Assembly (NCBI RefSeq): GCF_964194025.1 | Contig: NC_134475.1 | Coordinates: 3,658,001-3,722,000 of the forward strand | DNA from: Convolutriloba macropyga | Lineage: Eukaryota | Direction of reading: 5' to 3' | Length of the DNA: 64,000 nt | Shown: positions 9,423 through 22,394 of the stretch, piece after piece | Layout: each line of letters opens with the position of its first letter | Position numbering within the stretch: the stretch's first letter is position 1 | The notes under the pieces: generated by a model | What the model was told of the DNA's origin: nothing | The model's input: only the letters and a program-made list of their open reading frames with translations | Database searches by the model: none | Made by a program: the position numbers and the translations under genes

Positions 9423-12400
9423 CTTGACATGACTTTGTATCTTCTCCTGTAAAAGGTTTTCAACAGTACCTGCTCAACTATGGTCTGCGTTTACTCTTAG
9501 TTTGATTTGGCGATCGAGCTGGGTGCACAATTTTGCAATATTGCTTTTGCAAACAGTTACTAATAATTTTCCGGGCCCTTAATTTTCAGGGTGGTGGGAC
9601 TCACTTTTTCAATCTTCCAGCCCGGAGCCAGCACTTCATAAAGGTCTTCAAGATTTTTTTCGACCTTCTCTTCGAGTGTACTTCTGGGGCCAATTTGAGC
9701 TGTACAGCTTGTTCATACAGGGGAATTGTGCGGCAGAGATTCAAACGCGTAGAAAACGTGATTTGCCGTCATCGCTGTTTTTGTCACGTTCATTTGCATG
9801 TTGTGTGGCGCTGGTCTTTTCATATATTGCTGCGATATCCGGTGACCCCTTTGTAGTCGGGGTGAATTGCGTTTGGTTGAGCTGTTTCCTCATCTAAATA
9901 GTACTTTATTTTGCCCTTTTATGTATAGTACATATTACGCTAAGCGGAGTATTAGGTTTTCTACTAAAGTGTACATTCGAAGACCAAAATCTTTGTCACT
10001 TTTTGATTACATGTTTGCAGTTGGTAAATTATGATCTTGAATGCTTGCTTTCTTGAATAGCGATTTTGTTATCTATGCAAAGGCATTCGCATGAAATTTC
10101 CGTCAGCAAGGATGAATTAACGAGTTTATCCGTTTTAACCGTTCCTCGTTGTTGGCCAGAACGCATTCTCGCACCTTAATTTTGAATTATTTGAGCAAGA
10201 GTTGGATTAAATTTGCTAATATAAAGTACAGAATCAAGAAACGATCAAATATTCTCTAAAGTTTTTGTGGTTTAAAGGGAAAAATTGGCAGATAATTAGC
10301 TTTCAATGGGCTAAATTCCTGTTTGTGTACTGTGACAACCATGCAAATCTTTTTATAGTTTTGCAACAAGACATTTCATTAAATTAATCCGAAGACCTTC
10401 CTAATCTTGACGACGGAGGCAATAGAAGATTTCGTTTTTTTCGTCTTTTTTTCCGTCGCTCACTTTTAATATGTTACTAAAAAGGTACATATATTCTAGT
10501 CCTACAAAAGTTTAGTCCATTACTTTTTGAAATTCTGCGGGCATATCAGTGGGGCCATAAGTTCCAGTTTGATTTAGGTTTATGCCTGTAATGTCGCGGC
10601 TTAGTATGTTAAAGGTGCAGTAATTAGCAGCTTCGGGATTTAAATTTAGCCGGCTATATTCAAATTTAGGTTCCTTCTTTGGGAAACAATTAGTGCTTTG
10701 CAATGCGGGATCAATAATTTGTGGATATAATGATTCGGTTAGTGTTTCAATAGCTGGCATTTGATATTTGTTTTTTGGATAGCCTAGTTAAGAATTTAAG
10801 AAACCAGTGCCAGCTTTAAAGACCGATAATTCTAAACGATGAATACAATAGGGGAGATAAAGTAGTGGGACAGCTTGTGATCTTTATGATGTGTTTTGCA
10901 AATAATTTTCGAGTAATTTTGCGAATTCTAGATTTATCCAATCTAGTAATTTGATTGGAATGCGTCTTTCTTTCTGATGACTTGTTTGCAAGTCTTTATA
11001 AGATTTTTTTTTTGGCTACATAAATTTTGATCTTCCAATACGGGTCATGTTCAATTAATTACCTTTTTATTTGGATGCATGTTTTGTGACTGCAAGTCCA
11101 TGTTGATCAAAAAGATCGCAGCCGATTAGTGGTTTGCGGCCATTGACTGCATCTGTGAATTCGGCAGCTGGAATGAGCCAGCCGTTGCTTGTCATAGACG
11201 CTCGTATTTTGCCTTTAGTCTGGAACGGTTCCTTCGAAAACTTGACATGACTTTGTATCTTCTCCCGTACAAGGTTTTCAACAGTACCTGCTCAACTATG
11301 GTCTGCGTTTACTCTTAGTTTGATTTTGCGATCGAGCTGGGTGCACAATTTTGCAATATCGCTTTTGCAAACAGTTACTAATAATTTTCCGGGCCCTTAA
11401 TTTTCAGGGTGGTGGGACTCACTTTTACAATCTTCCAGCCCGGAGCCAGCACTTCATAAAGGCCTTCAAGATTTTTTTCGACCTTCTCTTCGAGTGTACT
11501 TCTGGGGCCAATTTGAGCTGTACAGCTTGTTCATACAGGGTAATTGGGCGGCAGAGATTCAAACGCGTAGAAAACGTGATTTGCCGTCATCGCTGTTTTT
11601 GTCACGTTCATTTGCATGTTGTGTGGCCCTGGTCTTTTCATATATTGCTGCGATATCCGGTGACCCCTTTGTAGTCGTTGTGAATTGCGTCTGGTTGAGC
11701 TGTTTCCTCATCTAAATAGTACTTTATTTAGCCCTTTTATGCATAGTACATATTACGCTAAGCGGAGTATTTGGTTTTCTACTAAAGTGTACATTCGAAG
11801 ACCAAAATCTTTGTCACTTTTTGATTACATGTTTGCAGTTGGTGAATTATGATCTTGAATGCTTGCTTTCTTGAATAGCGATTTTGTTATCTATGCAAAG
11901 GCATTTGCATGAAATTTCCGTCAGCAGGGATGAATTAACGATTTTATCCGTTTTAACCGTTCCTCGTTGTTGGCCAGAACGCATTCTCGCACCTTAATTT
12001 TGAATTATTTGAGCAAGAGTTGGATTAAACTTGCTAATATAACGTACAGAATCAAGAAACGATCAAATATTCTCTAAAGTTTTTGTGGTTTGAAGGGAAA
12101 AGTTGGCATATAATTGGCTTTCAATGGGCTAAATTCCTGTTTGTGTACTGTGACAACCATGCAAATCTTTTTATAGTTTTGCAACAAGACATTTCATTAA
12201 ATTAATCCGAAGATCTTCCTAATCTTGACGACGGAGGCAATAGAAGATTTCGTTTTTTTCGTCTTTTTTTTCCGTTGCTTACTATTAATATGTTACCTAA
12301 AAAGGTACATATGTTCTAGTCCTACAAAAGTTTAGTCCATTACTTTTTGAAATTCTGCGGGCATATCAGTGGGGCCATAATTTCCAGTTTGATTTAGGTT

Positions 12401-13059
12401 TATGCCTGTAATGTCGCGGCTTAGTATGATAAAGGTGCAGTTATTAGCAGCTTCGGGATTTAAATTTAGCCGGCTATATTCAAATTTAGGTTCCTTCTTT
12501 GAGAAACAATTAGTGCTTTGCAATGCGGGATCAATAATTTGTGGATATAACGATTCGGTTTATGTTTCAATAGCTGGCATTTGATATTTGTTTTTTGGAT
12601 AGCCTAGTTAAGAATTTAAGAAACCAGTGCCAGCTTTAAAGACCGATAATTCTCAACGATGAATACAATAGGGGAGATAAAGTAGTGGGACAGCTTGTGA
12701 GCTTTATGATGTGTTTTGCAAATAATTTTCGAGTAATTTTGCAAATTCCAGATTTATCCAATCTAGTAATTTGATTGGAATGCGTCTTTCTTTCTGATGA
12801 CTTGTTTGCAAGTCTTTATAAGATTTTGATTTGGCTACATAAATTTTGATCTTCCAATACGGGTCATGTTCAAATAATTATCTTTTTATTTGGATGCATG
12901 TTTTGTGACTGCAAGTCCATGTTGATCAAAAAGATCGCAGCCGATTAGTGGTTTGCGACCATTGACTGCATCTGTGAATTCGGCAGCTGGAATGAGCCAG
13001 CCGTTGCTTGTCATAGACGCTCGTATTTTACCTTTAGTCTGGAGCGGTTCCTTCGAGAA
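9423..13059. repeat. Head-to-tail tandem duplication, unit ~1818 bp (9423-11240, 11241-13059)
   Basis: Both copies start CTTGACATGACTTTGTATCTTCTCC and end GGTTCCTTCGA(A/G)AA. The ORF track shows paired ORFs offset by 1818 (9533/11351, 9676/11494). Only scattered substitutions separate the copies. Confidence 0.95.
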
Positions 13060-14484
13060 CGTACGCAACTGAGGTTTGTTCATTTCGCTCACATATTTTG
13101 CTTGTGGATTACTCTTAACTATTCGCGTCGCCAGTGAAACTTCCAAAGCGCTGCATGAACTTCTTGAATCAAACTGTAGGGTTGTGGAGATATTTCCGAT
13201 TTTTGGTTGAGATATTTAAAGGTTCAATTCTTTTTAATTAATCGTCGGTTGTAGCAACCATATTGTCATCCCCACTCTAAATGGATTCACATAATCCGTT
13301 TTCTAGTGATGATTGTCCGCAGTTTAAAGAAACTTGGGGCTGAGGTTCTTCATCTAGAGCATTAACCAATATTTTTGTTGTGATTAGGGGCATTTTTTGC
13401 ATGTTTTGTTTCCGACAAACTTTGGGAAAATGGTTCATAAAAGCAAAATTTTTGCATATAATATACACGTTCATTACATTCCTCTCTGTGGCCCGGGGTC
13501 CAAACTATCCCGCAGTTTGAGCTTTTGAACGGTGGTGGTCTAGAGCCGTGTTTTAGAATCAAATTGTACTTGGTCAAATTAAAAGGAGCGGGTGATAGGC
13601 GGATTTTGGATCACGTTTACGCTTGCCAGGACAAGGCTTTTATTACGGTCTTGAATTTGATGTTGATTTCTCTTGCGAGAGTATTTCTGGGTTCCATCGC
13701 TTGTTTAAACGACTCCGTTTGAATTTCTGGATCGCTAAGTTTGTTATAGAAACTTATGATACATGATAATATAACATAATAAGTGTTTCTTCTTTATTTT
13801 CACATTCACAGTTTTCTGCTAGTCGCTGAGGTTTCGGTAGAAGTGTTGCAATGTCTCACTTGGAAGATGCTCGTTATGAGAAAACCTGTCTGTCAAATTT
13901 TATATTACGTATTTCTTCCACTAAATTCCAAAACTGCCGCAGACAAGGTGTCTACCATGATGTGTGGGCCCATGCTCTTAAGAATTCATCGCCCCTCCAC
14001 ACAGAAACGCAAATAAAGCAACGATACAGTCTTGGGGTCTGCCAGTGGCAAAGGTTTGTCTTCGCATCGTATGCAACGCCATTTTCTATCAAACGTTGAA
14101 GTTTGTCCCACCAGTTCATTCTCTGCTGAACATTTCGGGCATTGCATTCCCGTTCCGATTGTCCTGATGATCCTAAGATTGTCTCCTCGTACATCGACAA
14201 CAAACGCAAATCCACCATCGCTTGTTTGGAGCCGAGGAGTGTGTTGAATATGATGTTTTCCTTGGCTAGCAGGGCTAGCTTTTATTGTACTCTCTTTTTT
14301 GCATAGGAGAGCTGGGTCAGCAGTGGGCTTGTCTCTAAACGCATCAATCCCCAGGGATATTTGTCTTCGGGCTGTGACCTGTCATTCTTAATGGTTTTCC
14401 TACGGTCTTCGCGGCGGCAAAAGGACAACCTATTTTTGAGATCGGATTTCCCTAAGCAAAAAATCAGAACAACATTAAAAACCT

Positions 14485-15174
14485 AAAAACTCTAGTGCTT
14501 TTAGTTTCTTTTTCATGCAATTTAAAAAATAATTGTTCTATTATTCAGATTTTACCGTTGATTGATGCTCTTCATTTTTGTGATTTATTCCTTATGGCGT
14601 AACTCTTGTGATTCATTCCTATTTCCGATCTGATAAACATCAATTTAATAGAAATGTTTTGCCGAGCAAATGATAGAAATTTATTTTGATTGAAAAATGA
14701 CCCAGGAAGTCGATCATTTTACATTAATGTTGTATTTGCATCGCAAAACACCAGTGTTCTTTCTCCTCCACCACAATGTGCTGTGTTGTACTTAATTGTT
14801 TTACTACCGTCTTCACGGCGCGAGATGACAACGTAACTTTGAAATTGGATTTTGTTCAGCAAAATACTTGTATAATTTTTAGCCTCCGCTTTGCAAGCGA
14901 TATCAAAAGAGAGGTTTGATAACTCAATAACTCAATTTGAACTAGTTAAAGCAAATGAATGAAAGTGAAGTACTTGTCAACAAAAGTAATTGTTAACAGA
15001 ATTGATTGATCAGGCAGCGGGAGGTATAGTAGAAGTGAACAGACAATAATTTAGACAAGCGGGAAATCTAAATTGAAATCTGATTAACCAAGACGAACAG
15101 AATATATTGAATTAAAATACTTAATCATATTTATTTTACAGCACTAAAATATTGAATGATGTCCAGGTATGATA
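14485..15174 (-). repeat. 5' LTR of the old Gypsy element (approximate)
   Basis: Direct repeat of 8190-8734 with indels; begins TATCATACC on the minus strand (mutated TG). Confidence 0.7.
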
Positions 15175-16247
15175 CGCTGTCAGCAATGCGTGAGTTTAAA
15201 AAATCGAACTCCGTGAGATAAAATGTTTTTGAGAAGCCAATCCTGCAGCCCCTGTTGAGATGGCAGCCCTGGAAAGGTAACTTGAAGATGGTATTATTGC
15301 ACACAAAGAGAATCTCACCCGACACAATTCTCAGTCATCCTCCATCTGAAGTGTTATTGCATTCCAAACCCAACTACGAACAAGAATTTGCGAATTCAAC
15401 TGCAGCCTTGGAACGTGAACATCAACTACGTAGTTGGCAACCAAAAATGCAGGGGAAAATGATTGAGACGAAAGACATATATGATATGGATAGATTTGGC
15501 TGGTCATAAAAAATTATTGTTTTCTCGGAGACAATGAAAGACTTTGTGAGCGATTTTTTCATAGCAAACATGCTTGCTGGGAAACACGAAGAGACAAATA
15601 TAGTCGCTGAGGAAAACGATTAACCTAGAAAAGCAAGCTGCTAACCCTAGCAATCAATTGTGAGATGGGAGTTCAATATCAAATACAGTAATTATTTTTT
15701 CCATCGCCACATTGACAGGTTTTGAGTTCCATTTGGTTTTCATCAATGATCTCAGAATTTCTTGGCAATTGTTTTTTATATAGATTCAAAAGCATTTTTT
15801 TCTTGCTCAATCAGTGAGCTGCTATTGAAGTATATATGATCTATCGATAAGACCCACTTGAATTTTGCAATTTTATTGACACTTCTTTCGTAACAATTTA
15901 GTTTAGTTCAACCTCAAGCACAAAAGCTGATTTAAAAATAGCAGTTATGACAAATTTATTTCTAAGTTTGAAGTCCGAGTTCGGTAAATACCCTCGTGGT
16001 ACAGGAACTTAAATTTTCAATGATTGCAGTTCTAAGTGATGAAAATTGAAAACATTTTTAGTACTGTCTTGAAGATACGTGCAAAGACCGTTACAAACGT
16101 TTATAAAACTAAAATCTTTTATTGGGATTTTTAATTACAATCTGTTAAAATTATTATCATTAAAATCGTGTGATTAAAAATTAGTCAACAATAGATCAAG
16201 ATCTTGCATGTTTTGGCAAAGTGTTATCAAAGTTCGGATTCGCTGGG

Positions 16248-16591
16248 TTACTTGTTGCAACCTGAACCCCCCGCTATTGGCAAACACCTTGTCTCTTCAA
16301 ACATCGTCAATGTTGACAGCACAAGGGATGAACAGAACCCAAAAACAACAACCAACAGAAACCCAACAGCTCGCTTTGTCCAGAGTCTCTCTTCACCCTC
16401 ACTTCTCCACTTTTTAGCCATAGATTTCTGGGTGGGAATTAGAAATACGAAAAAGAGGGAAGACAGAGCACAGCCCCAGTCAATGAGGTAGGTGGTAAAC
16501 ACGGCCAGCTGGTCCGATAGGGTGTCATTTCTGTATCTGTCGTCATTTGTGACGTCAAATTGGCTCATGATGATGTTGCCAAACGCTGTGC
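16248..16591 (-). CDS. BT1/FBT-like transporter, last coding exon
   Basis: Acceptor CACTTTTGATAG|GC; encodes TAFGNIIMSQF...FVFLIPTQKSMAK...TRCLPIAGGSGCNK*. Confidence 0.8.
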
Positions 16592-18673
16592 CTATCAAAA
16601 GTGACATGATCATAGCTCTCAATTAGTATTGATATAAGACTTGTCATAAAACTTGAACAGTGCTGATTTTGACCGTTAGCTCGGGGGGGGGGGGGGAGGG
16701 GGGTGCTACGAATAAAAAAACTACTACTAGCATCATAAGCAACCACTAAGCAACAAATATTAGTAATTAGCTGTATATTAAAAAAGCTTCACTAACCTCT
16801 AGTAAATGAAATTGCATTGAAAGAACAGATCTTTCGTTTGACTTCAGAATTTTCAACATTGAAAATATTATCTTGGGCTTTCCTTGTATTAATGAAGGTA
16901 ATAAAAGATATATGATAAAGGTGTTTTAAACTTTTGGTTAACCAAACCATTTTTCATTGTCCAGATTTTTGTGCACTGGAACAAATTCCCACACCCTGTA
17001 ATTGTAGCAGTGAAAATACGGAATGTGCACTTTCAACAAATCAGAGACTGAGAAGACACTATTTTCTTTTATATAGAGAGAACTGAACTAAGTGTAGTCA
17101 GTCTTTTAGCTAGATACACCATGTGTATACCATTGACTCCGGTGCTATACTTCTTAACGACCGTAATAATAGAAAATTACTCTCAGTGTTTTACAGAGTC
17201 GGTTAGTCTTAGAGATATAGGTAAGTCTACTTCGCGCGCAGAAATAAGTAACCCTAGCTCTTCATGCTTTAAGGCTGTAAAGGGAGCCCACATTGGGTCT
17301 GCCTTATAATGTTGGTGTCGAAACACACTCTGTGCGTTCCACTTGGGTCTGATCAAAGTTCACTTCCATCTGGGACCTCGACCTGGGTGGTCTCGTTATG
17401 TATAAAACGGATTACGAATTATACTCCATAGTTTAATTTTCCTCTCGGTCATCTGTCCTATTAATTTCGATTTTTTTTCCAAATAGCAGCCAACAACTGC
17501 ATGTCAAGGTATTTTCTATTTTCGTATGTTCATCATTAATAAAAACATTGAGCTCTTCTTTATTAAAATTTTTGCAGTTGGCTTTCGATTGATTATCGTT
17601 CAATGCAACTTATCTAGCATCAAGGCTAATGTTGTGAATCTGGAAAGTGTGGGCAATGAGAGGCCATTGGCGGAGATAAATAGTTTTCAATTCAAAAGAT
17701 CAACGTTTTTTTTATCATATTTCACTTTTCCTATTTTAATAAATTGTGCGTGTAAAACATTCTTAAAAAATTTGCAGGCAGAAATGCGGTGCCCTATATA
17801 GAAATTCCATCAGTTTTTTCAACATTTAAACTTAGAAGTTGAAAAGTGAAAATTGCTTTCCACCGCAAAATATGTTTGACGGGAGTAAGTTCCGCAAACA
17901 AATTGTGCGGTAGACTAATTGCAGTAAAATCTTTCTTTTCAGTAATCTTCAAACTTCAAATCTTAAAATTGAGCGGCAAAAGGATTAAAATTTTGTGAAA
18001 TGCCGAGCGCTTTCCACATTGAACGTAAGTCGGCACCGCAAAAAAATTCCAGTCACTTTCTTTGCAAGTAGTTTCCTCGGTACCGGTGGACACTCCTAAT
18101 GAGGATATTATCAAAAAAAATTGTGGAAAATTATATGTGACGCCCTACACCATAAACATTTCCAAATTATCTAAGATTTAAAATAAATCGAATTTTCTTT
18201 GCTTGAGAAAGGAAATTGATCAAACATGTCCCGGAAGCGTTTGGTTGAGAGCTGAAATTGTATCAATATACGCAAAAAAATGTTGGAAAAATTAGAATCA
18301 ATTCAGGGACCTCAATTTATGCGTGATCAGCAAGGGATATAAGACCAAGCCGGGCGCAAGTTGAATTTTCAGACAACTCTTCACTAATTTTTTGCTCATC
18401 CACAAGAATGAGGCGCCAAATTTGGGTCAAACGAAGGATAAATCATTAATTGAGAAACGCTATTTTTTCAAAAAAATTTTGTCAAAAATATTTTTGAAAA
18501 AAGTGTGTTATATCCTATTGCATAAATTAGACTCGAAAACTGTTTCTCCCCTGAAATAACTTTTGTTCAAATTATCCTGTGTGACTGACTTCATCCGAGA
18601 CCTTTTGTGTAATTGTTAGGAATTAGGAATAAATACTAATAATCGTTAGCGTAAACGCTACCCCCCCCCCCCA

Positions 18674-18720
<47 letters not shown>

Positions 18721-21700
18721 ATCGTTGATAAGAAGGGAGGAACCATATCCATCTCTTCAAACCTAGAGATCCGGAGGAAGAGGAGACACAGAATAGGAAT
18801 GCAAAAGATGTTCCCTCCAGCTGTTTGGGCGCATATTCGATCACAATAAGGGCCATTGTGAAGTGCACCCACATATGCATGAAACCATTGACCAGGTCAT
18901 CAGCGTACCATGCAAACTGGTTCCTCACAATCCCAAAAATGGCCACAACTTCTGTCAACATCCTAAAAAATATAGACTGATGGGATCTGTTTATTTGAAC
19001 CCATGAACAAAAATTCACACTTCGCCTATGAACAAAAATTCCCCCGAAATGGACATTGAAACCAAACTTGAATCTATTTGCCATAACCAGCAAAATTTAG
19101 ACAATTTCTTAAAAAAAATAAAAAATTTTCCGCCTAAACCTGAAGCCCAAGTTTTCATGGAAAAACTTTTTTCCTAATGTGACAAAAATAGTCAAAAGGG
19201 TCCGCAAAATATCTTGATGCATAATGCCAAGATCTCGTATGCCAAAAGCAACGTGGAGCACTTAAAAGTGGCAAAATTTCTTAATATCAAGAGTGGTGCT
19301 AGGAATATTGGCCGACAGTGGCTTTAGCCGACAATTAAAAACCTTTCAAATTTAGCCAGCTGCTTTATTACCCAGGCTGAGGTGTGCGTTCAAAATTGTC
19401 CTGGTCCAGACCGACCCAGACCGAAACCGCCCTGTTCCAGACCGTCCCAGACAGAAGTTACCCTGATCCAGACTCAAGCGCGCTCGACAGTCCTTATGCG
19501 CTCGTAGTGCGCTCGACAATTAGTGTGCGGTCGAAATGTGCTCGACGGTTTCAGTGCGCTCCTGCGAATTCGTTTTCTTTGATTTCAGAGAACGGTCGAC
19601 ATCCTGCCATGCCAGTTACTTATACAGATTATAATGCAACTGGCTATTGTTGTGAAAGGGGTTAGGAACTTAAACAAACCGACTTTTTTGATCAGAAAAA
19701 TATGGCCGTTCGATATCTTTTCAGTTTTTTTCAACTGCCCACGTTAGCAGGCTCAGATTGAAAGGGAAAGATTTATCACCAATTGGTTTTCGTAACTTAG
19801 AACTGTAAAACTTCCTCGTTCTTCTATTTGTGAATTTGGATCCGGAATCGTGAGAGAAGAAATTTGGGATATGGTTGATTGTGATTGTTTTTTTCAAACG
19901 TTTTAAAATCTTTTTTTTATCTTTTCCGTTTGCTGCCCCCCCCCCAGTACGTTATGCGCCCGCAGTTAGAGAGCACATGCAATTACATATTAAATCATAA
20001 TCTAAAAACATGGCACGTGCGTCTGGGGGTTGCAAATAATATGCGCCCACTAAGCTGGGGGGACACAAACAGAAAAGATCCTCTTTTTCATTACATCATT
20101 TCAATTTATGTTTTTTAAAACGCGCTGAAACGTGGTGGTCTAAACTCAGCTGAAATTAACCTGAGTGTGATCTCAAGTGAAGTTAGAATGAGGACCAAGT
20201 TCCTCCAGTTGGCATGCATCAGTTTCTGTCTATAGAAGTACATAGCACCAGCACTCAACAGGTTGATGATGACCCCCATCACCTGTTTCACCATCGGCTC
20301 CACCCCCACCCACCTGATCTCTACTTTGCTGCGGGCAGGAGTCTACAAAAGAGGGGAAACATCTCGAAACGACCACATAGTATGTTTCAGTTCTGTTCAG
20401 ACCTTTTTTGTACTGTTTTATAGCATGTTCATGCATTTCTATAGACATTTCAGCAAAAAATGCGTTCTTGAATTTACACTGAGACTACTCTGACCCGTGT
20501 AAAATTCCTCTGACGTTAGAAGTGCCAGTGAAACCTGTATTCTGATAATACCATGCATCAGTACTGAAAAAGTTTGACTTGACAGAATACTTGGTTAGAA
20601 AATTCCTGATTGATGTTAACAACTAAATCAGTAATAAATGTCAGACAACCATTCATCATGAATTTTACTATGAAATGTCTAATAAGTGCATTGTCAGAAC
20701 TCTGTTCATAGTAAAAATCATGATGGAAATTCGATGATTCAGTACTGAATTGTTATGACACACATGTCCGGGGACATATAGCTCTAATTGGACCCACATA
20801 ATGGTTTTCGTAAGATAGGGGGGGGGGGGGGGGGGCAAACGCAAAAAAAGAACTTACATTGATTCCGAATAAAAAAGAGACAGCAAATCTGTACACAAGA
20901 AGCTTTAGAAAGTGACTCTTCTGCACCAAACGCCACAAATTCACAATATTTTCCTTCATGTTAGACTTGCTTCCCATTTCGATATCCCGCTCATTCGTGA
21001 ACAAAATAACGTAAACAAGAGTAAACAAACACCCAACAGCAACTACTAAAGCCATGTGATTGAACTCCAACCCAAATGAACAAAATCGACCGCCATACGC
21101 AACTTTGTTAAACGCGAAGGCGAAGAACAGAGCAAACACAACACCGCCTAATTTTTGAACTATTTTTATAGTTGCGATTAGTTTTCCCCGATTTTTTTCG
21201 TCTTCCAGCATTGATTTTTGGGTTAGCAAAGCGTCCACGCAGCAATCAGCCCACTGCATGCTAATGTTGGTCAGGACAAACAGGATAGCATATGACAAGG
21301 CTTTATTAGGTGCCTCCATGTTCGTGATTGATGAAATGTTTCGTGAACAGGTATCTGAAGGTGGAACTGTTTCTTTGCACCCCCCATGACCATCTGTGAG
21401 AAATTTGACCCACTGTAATTGATATTGTGTTAGCAGTATTCAGGTGTAACTTCATACTGAATCATGCAATTTTCTGCCTGTTTTTACACTGATCATGCCA
21501 CTTTTTGCAATGAATTTTTAAATTTTAGTTCAATTTGGTCTCTTGGTTCTTGGGTCAAATACGAAGCAAAAACATTGAAACAACAAAGATGTACTATGCG
21601 CGTTGAGTTCTCAACCCCTACCCTCGACCCCCCTACACCAATATCATCATGACAAACACGTGCTGTTTTCTACAGCAATGTTTTATATAAAACTCATTGT

Positions 21701-22394
21701 GTTGTTAACCCATATTGAAAGCAGGTTTTACAAATAATGAGCTGTTTTGTTGGGGGGGGGGGGGTGGGGGCGGGATTTGGGTTAGGAAGTTGTATGAGTT
21801 CAAAACAAAGTACAGTTTTTTATTTTAAGTTGTAATTTGGGTCATAATTCAAGTGATCTAAAATTTAACATTTCATTGCAATAAGTTGATATGAAATGCG
21901 CTGAAAGGCCGAAATCGAAAGAAGGATCTGTTCTGTTTTGCCCCCCCCCCCCCACAGCTTAGTAGGCCTATATTTTTTACGCCCCCAGGCGCACGAGCTA
22001 TTTTTTTTAGATAGTAACGTGCTATATAACAACATATAATTTGTAACTGTGGGGCGTTAAAAAACACTCTGGGGGGGGGGGGGGGGGGGGACAGAATAGA
22101 TCCTCATTCGAATAGTAATTGTTATTAAAAAACACTCTCTCAATTTGCTCAAGATGTAAGCTAGGTTTAGGGGGTCTGTTCGAAAAGAAACAGAATCCTG
22201 TATTTTTATGATCCTCGATTTCGAAGTAGGGTTCAGGCATAGGGAGTATGAACATGGTGAAAGTGGAAGCTGCAGTGATGAGCAGGGCGCATATCATGTA
22301 GGGCAATCTTCTCAACCCAAAAATGGGCACTGAATCGCTGAGAAATGAGAAGAATATTTTGAGACTGGCCGTGTTTCGAAGAAGTACGATCATG
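16248..22394 (-). CDS. Folate-biopterin transporter (BT1/FBT family, MFS)-like gene, multi-exon, 5' exons unresolved
   Basis: Exons 22394-22192, 21393-20858, 20342-20161, 18962-18763 and 16591-16248 join in frame with GT-AG sites and compatible phases. Motifs: SLKIFFSFLSDSVPIFGLRRLPYM, ADCCVDALL...EDEKNRGKL, FNKVAYGGRF, NWRNLV, GIVRNQF, IEYAPKQLEGTSFAFL, LIPTQK, terminal CLPIAGGSGC. Confidence 0.85.
18673..18719. repeat. (CA)n microsatellite preceded by a poly-C tract (intronic)
   Basis: Read directly from the sequence. Confidence 0.95.
18763..18962 (-). CDS. BT1/FBT-like transporter, internal exon
   Basis: TTTTTTAG|G ... CTAG|GTTTGA; encodes MLTEVVAIFGIVRNQFAWY...EGTSFAFLFCVSSSSGSL. Confidence 0.8.
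19917..20081. mobile_element. ~165-bp GG-ended MITE (GATCTTTTCCGTTTG subfamily)
   Basis: ATCTTTTCCGTTTG..CCCCCCAG / CTGGGGGG..CAAACAGAAAAGATCC TIRs; shared internal CCACTAAGCTGGGG motif. Confidence 0.7.
20161..20342 (-). CDS. BT1/FBT-like transporter, internal exon
   Basis: TTTTGTAG|ACT ... CAG|GTTAAT; encodes TPARSKVEIRWVGVEPMVKQVMG...HANWRNLVLILTSLEITL. Confidence 0.8.
20858..21393 (-). CDS. BT1/FBT-like transporter, internal exon
   Basis: TTTCTCACAG|AT ... AAT|GTAAGT; 536-bp open exon covering several TM helices (ORF track 20753-21319). Confidence 0.85.
21924..22103. mobile_element. GG-ended MITE (GGATCTATTCTGTTT subfamily)
   Basis: GGATCTGTTCTGTTTTGCCCC ... GGGGACAGAATAGATCC. Further copies at 40082-40243, 41240-41569 and ~44693-44852. 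Confidence 0.75.
22192..22394 (-). CDS. BT1/FBT-like transporter, internal exon
   Basis: TGTTTTCAG|C acceptor; encodes MIVLLRNTASLKIFFSFLSDSVPIFGLRRLPYM...PMPEPYF. The donor is either a weak GT (exon end 22192) or a GA (exon end 22198). Confidence 0.8.

Larger units (their letters stand above)
8190..15174 (-). mobile_element. Old, decayed Ty3/Gypsy LTR retrotransposon with internal deletions and a 1.8-kb tandem duplication
   Basis: Diverged direct repeats at ~8190-8734 and ~14485-15174. A poly-G PPT directly precedes the 3' LTR start TGTCATACC at 8734. The gag remnant near 14360-13950 (LALLAKENII, YEETILGSSGQSERECNARN) is homologous to gag of the 26.4-kb element. RT remnants MPAIETLTES...YGPTDMPAEFQKVMD; integrase C-terminal remnant; many stops and frameshifts. 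Confidence 0.85.

Noticed and set aside
9533-9897. Duplicated plus-strand ORFs (9533/11351, 9676/11494) as a gene pair
   Set aside because: Antisense to the decayed Gypsy integrase tail and duplicated only as part of the 1.8-kb repeat.
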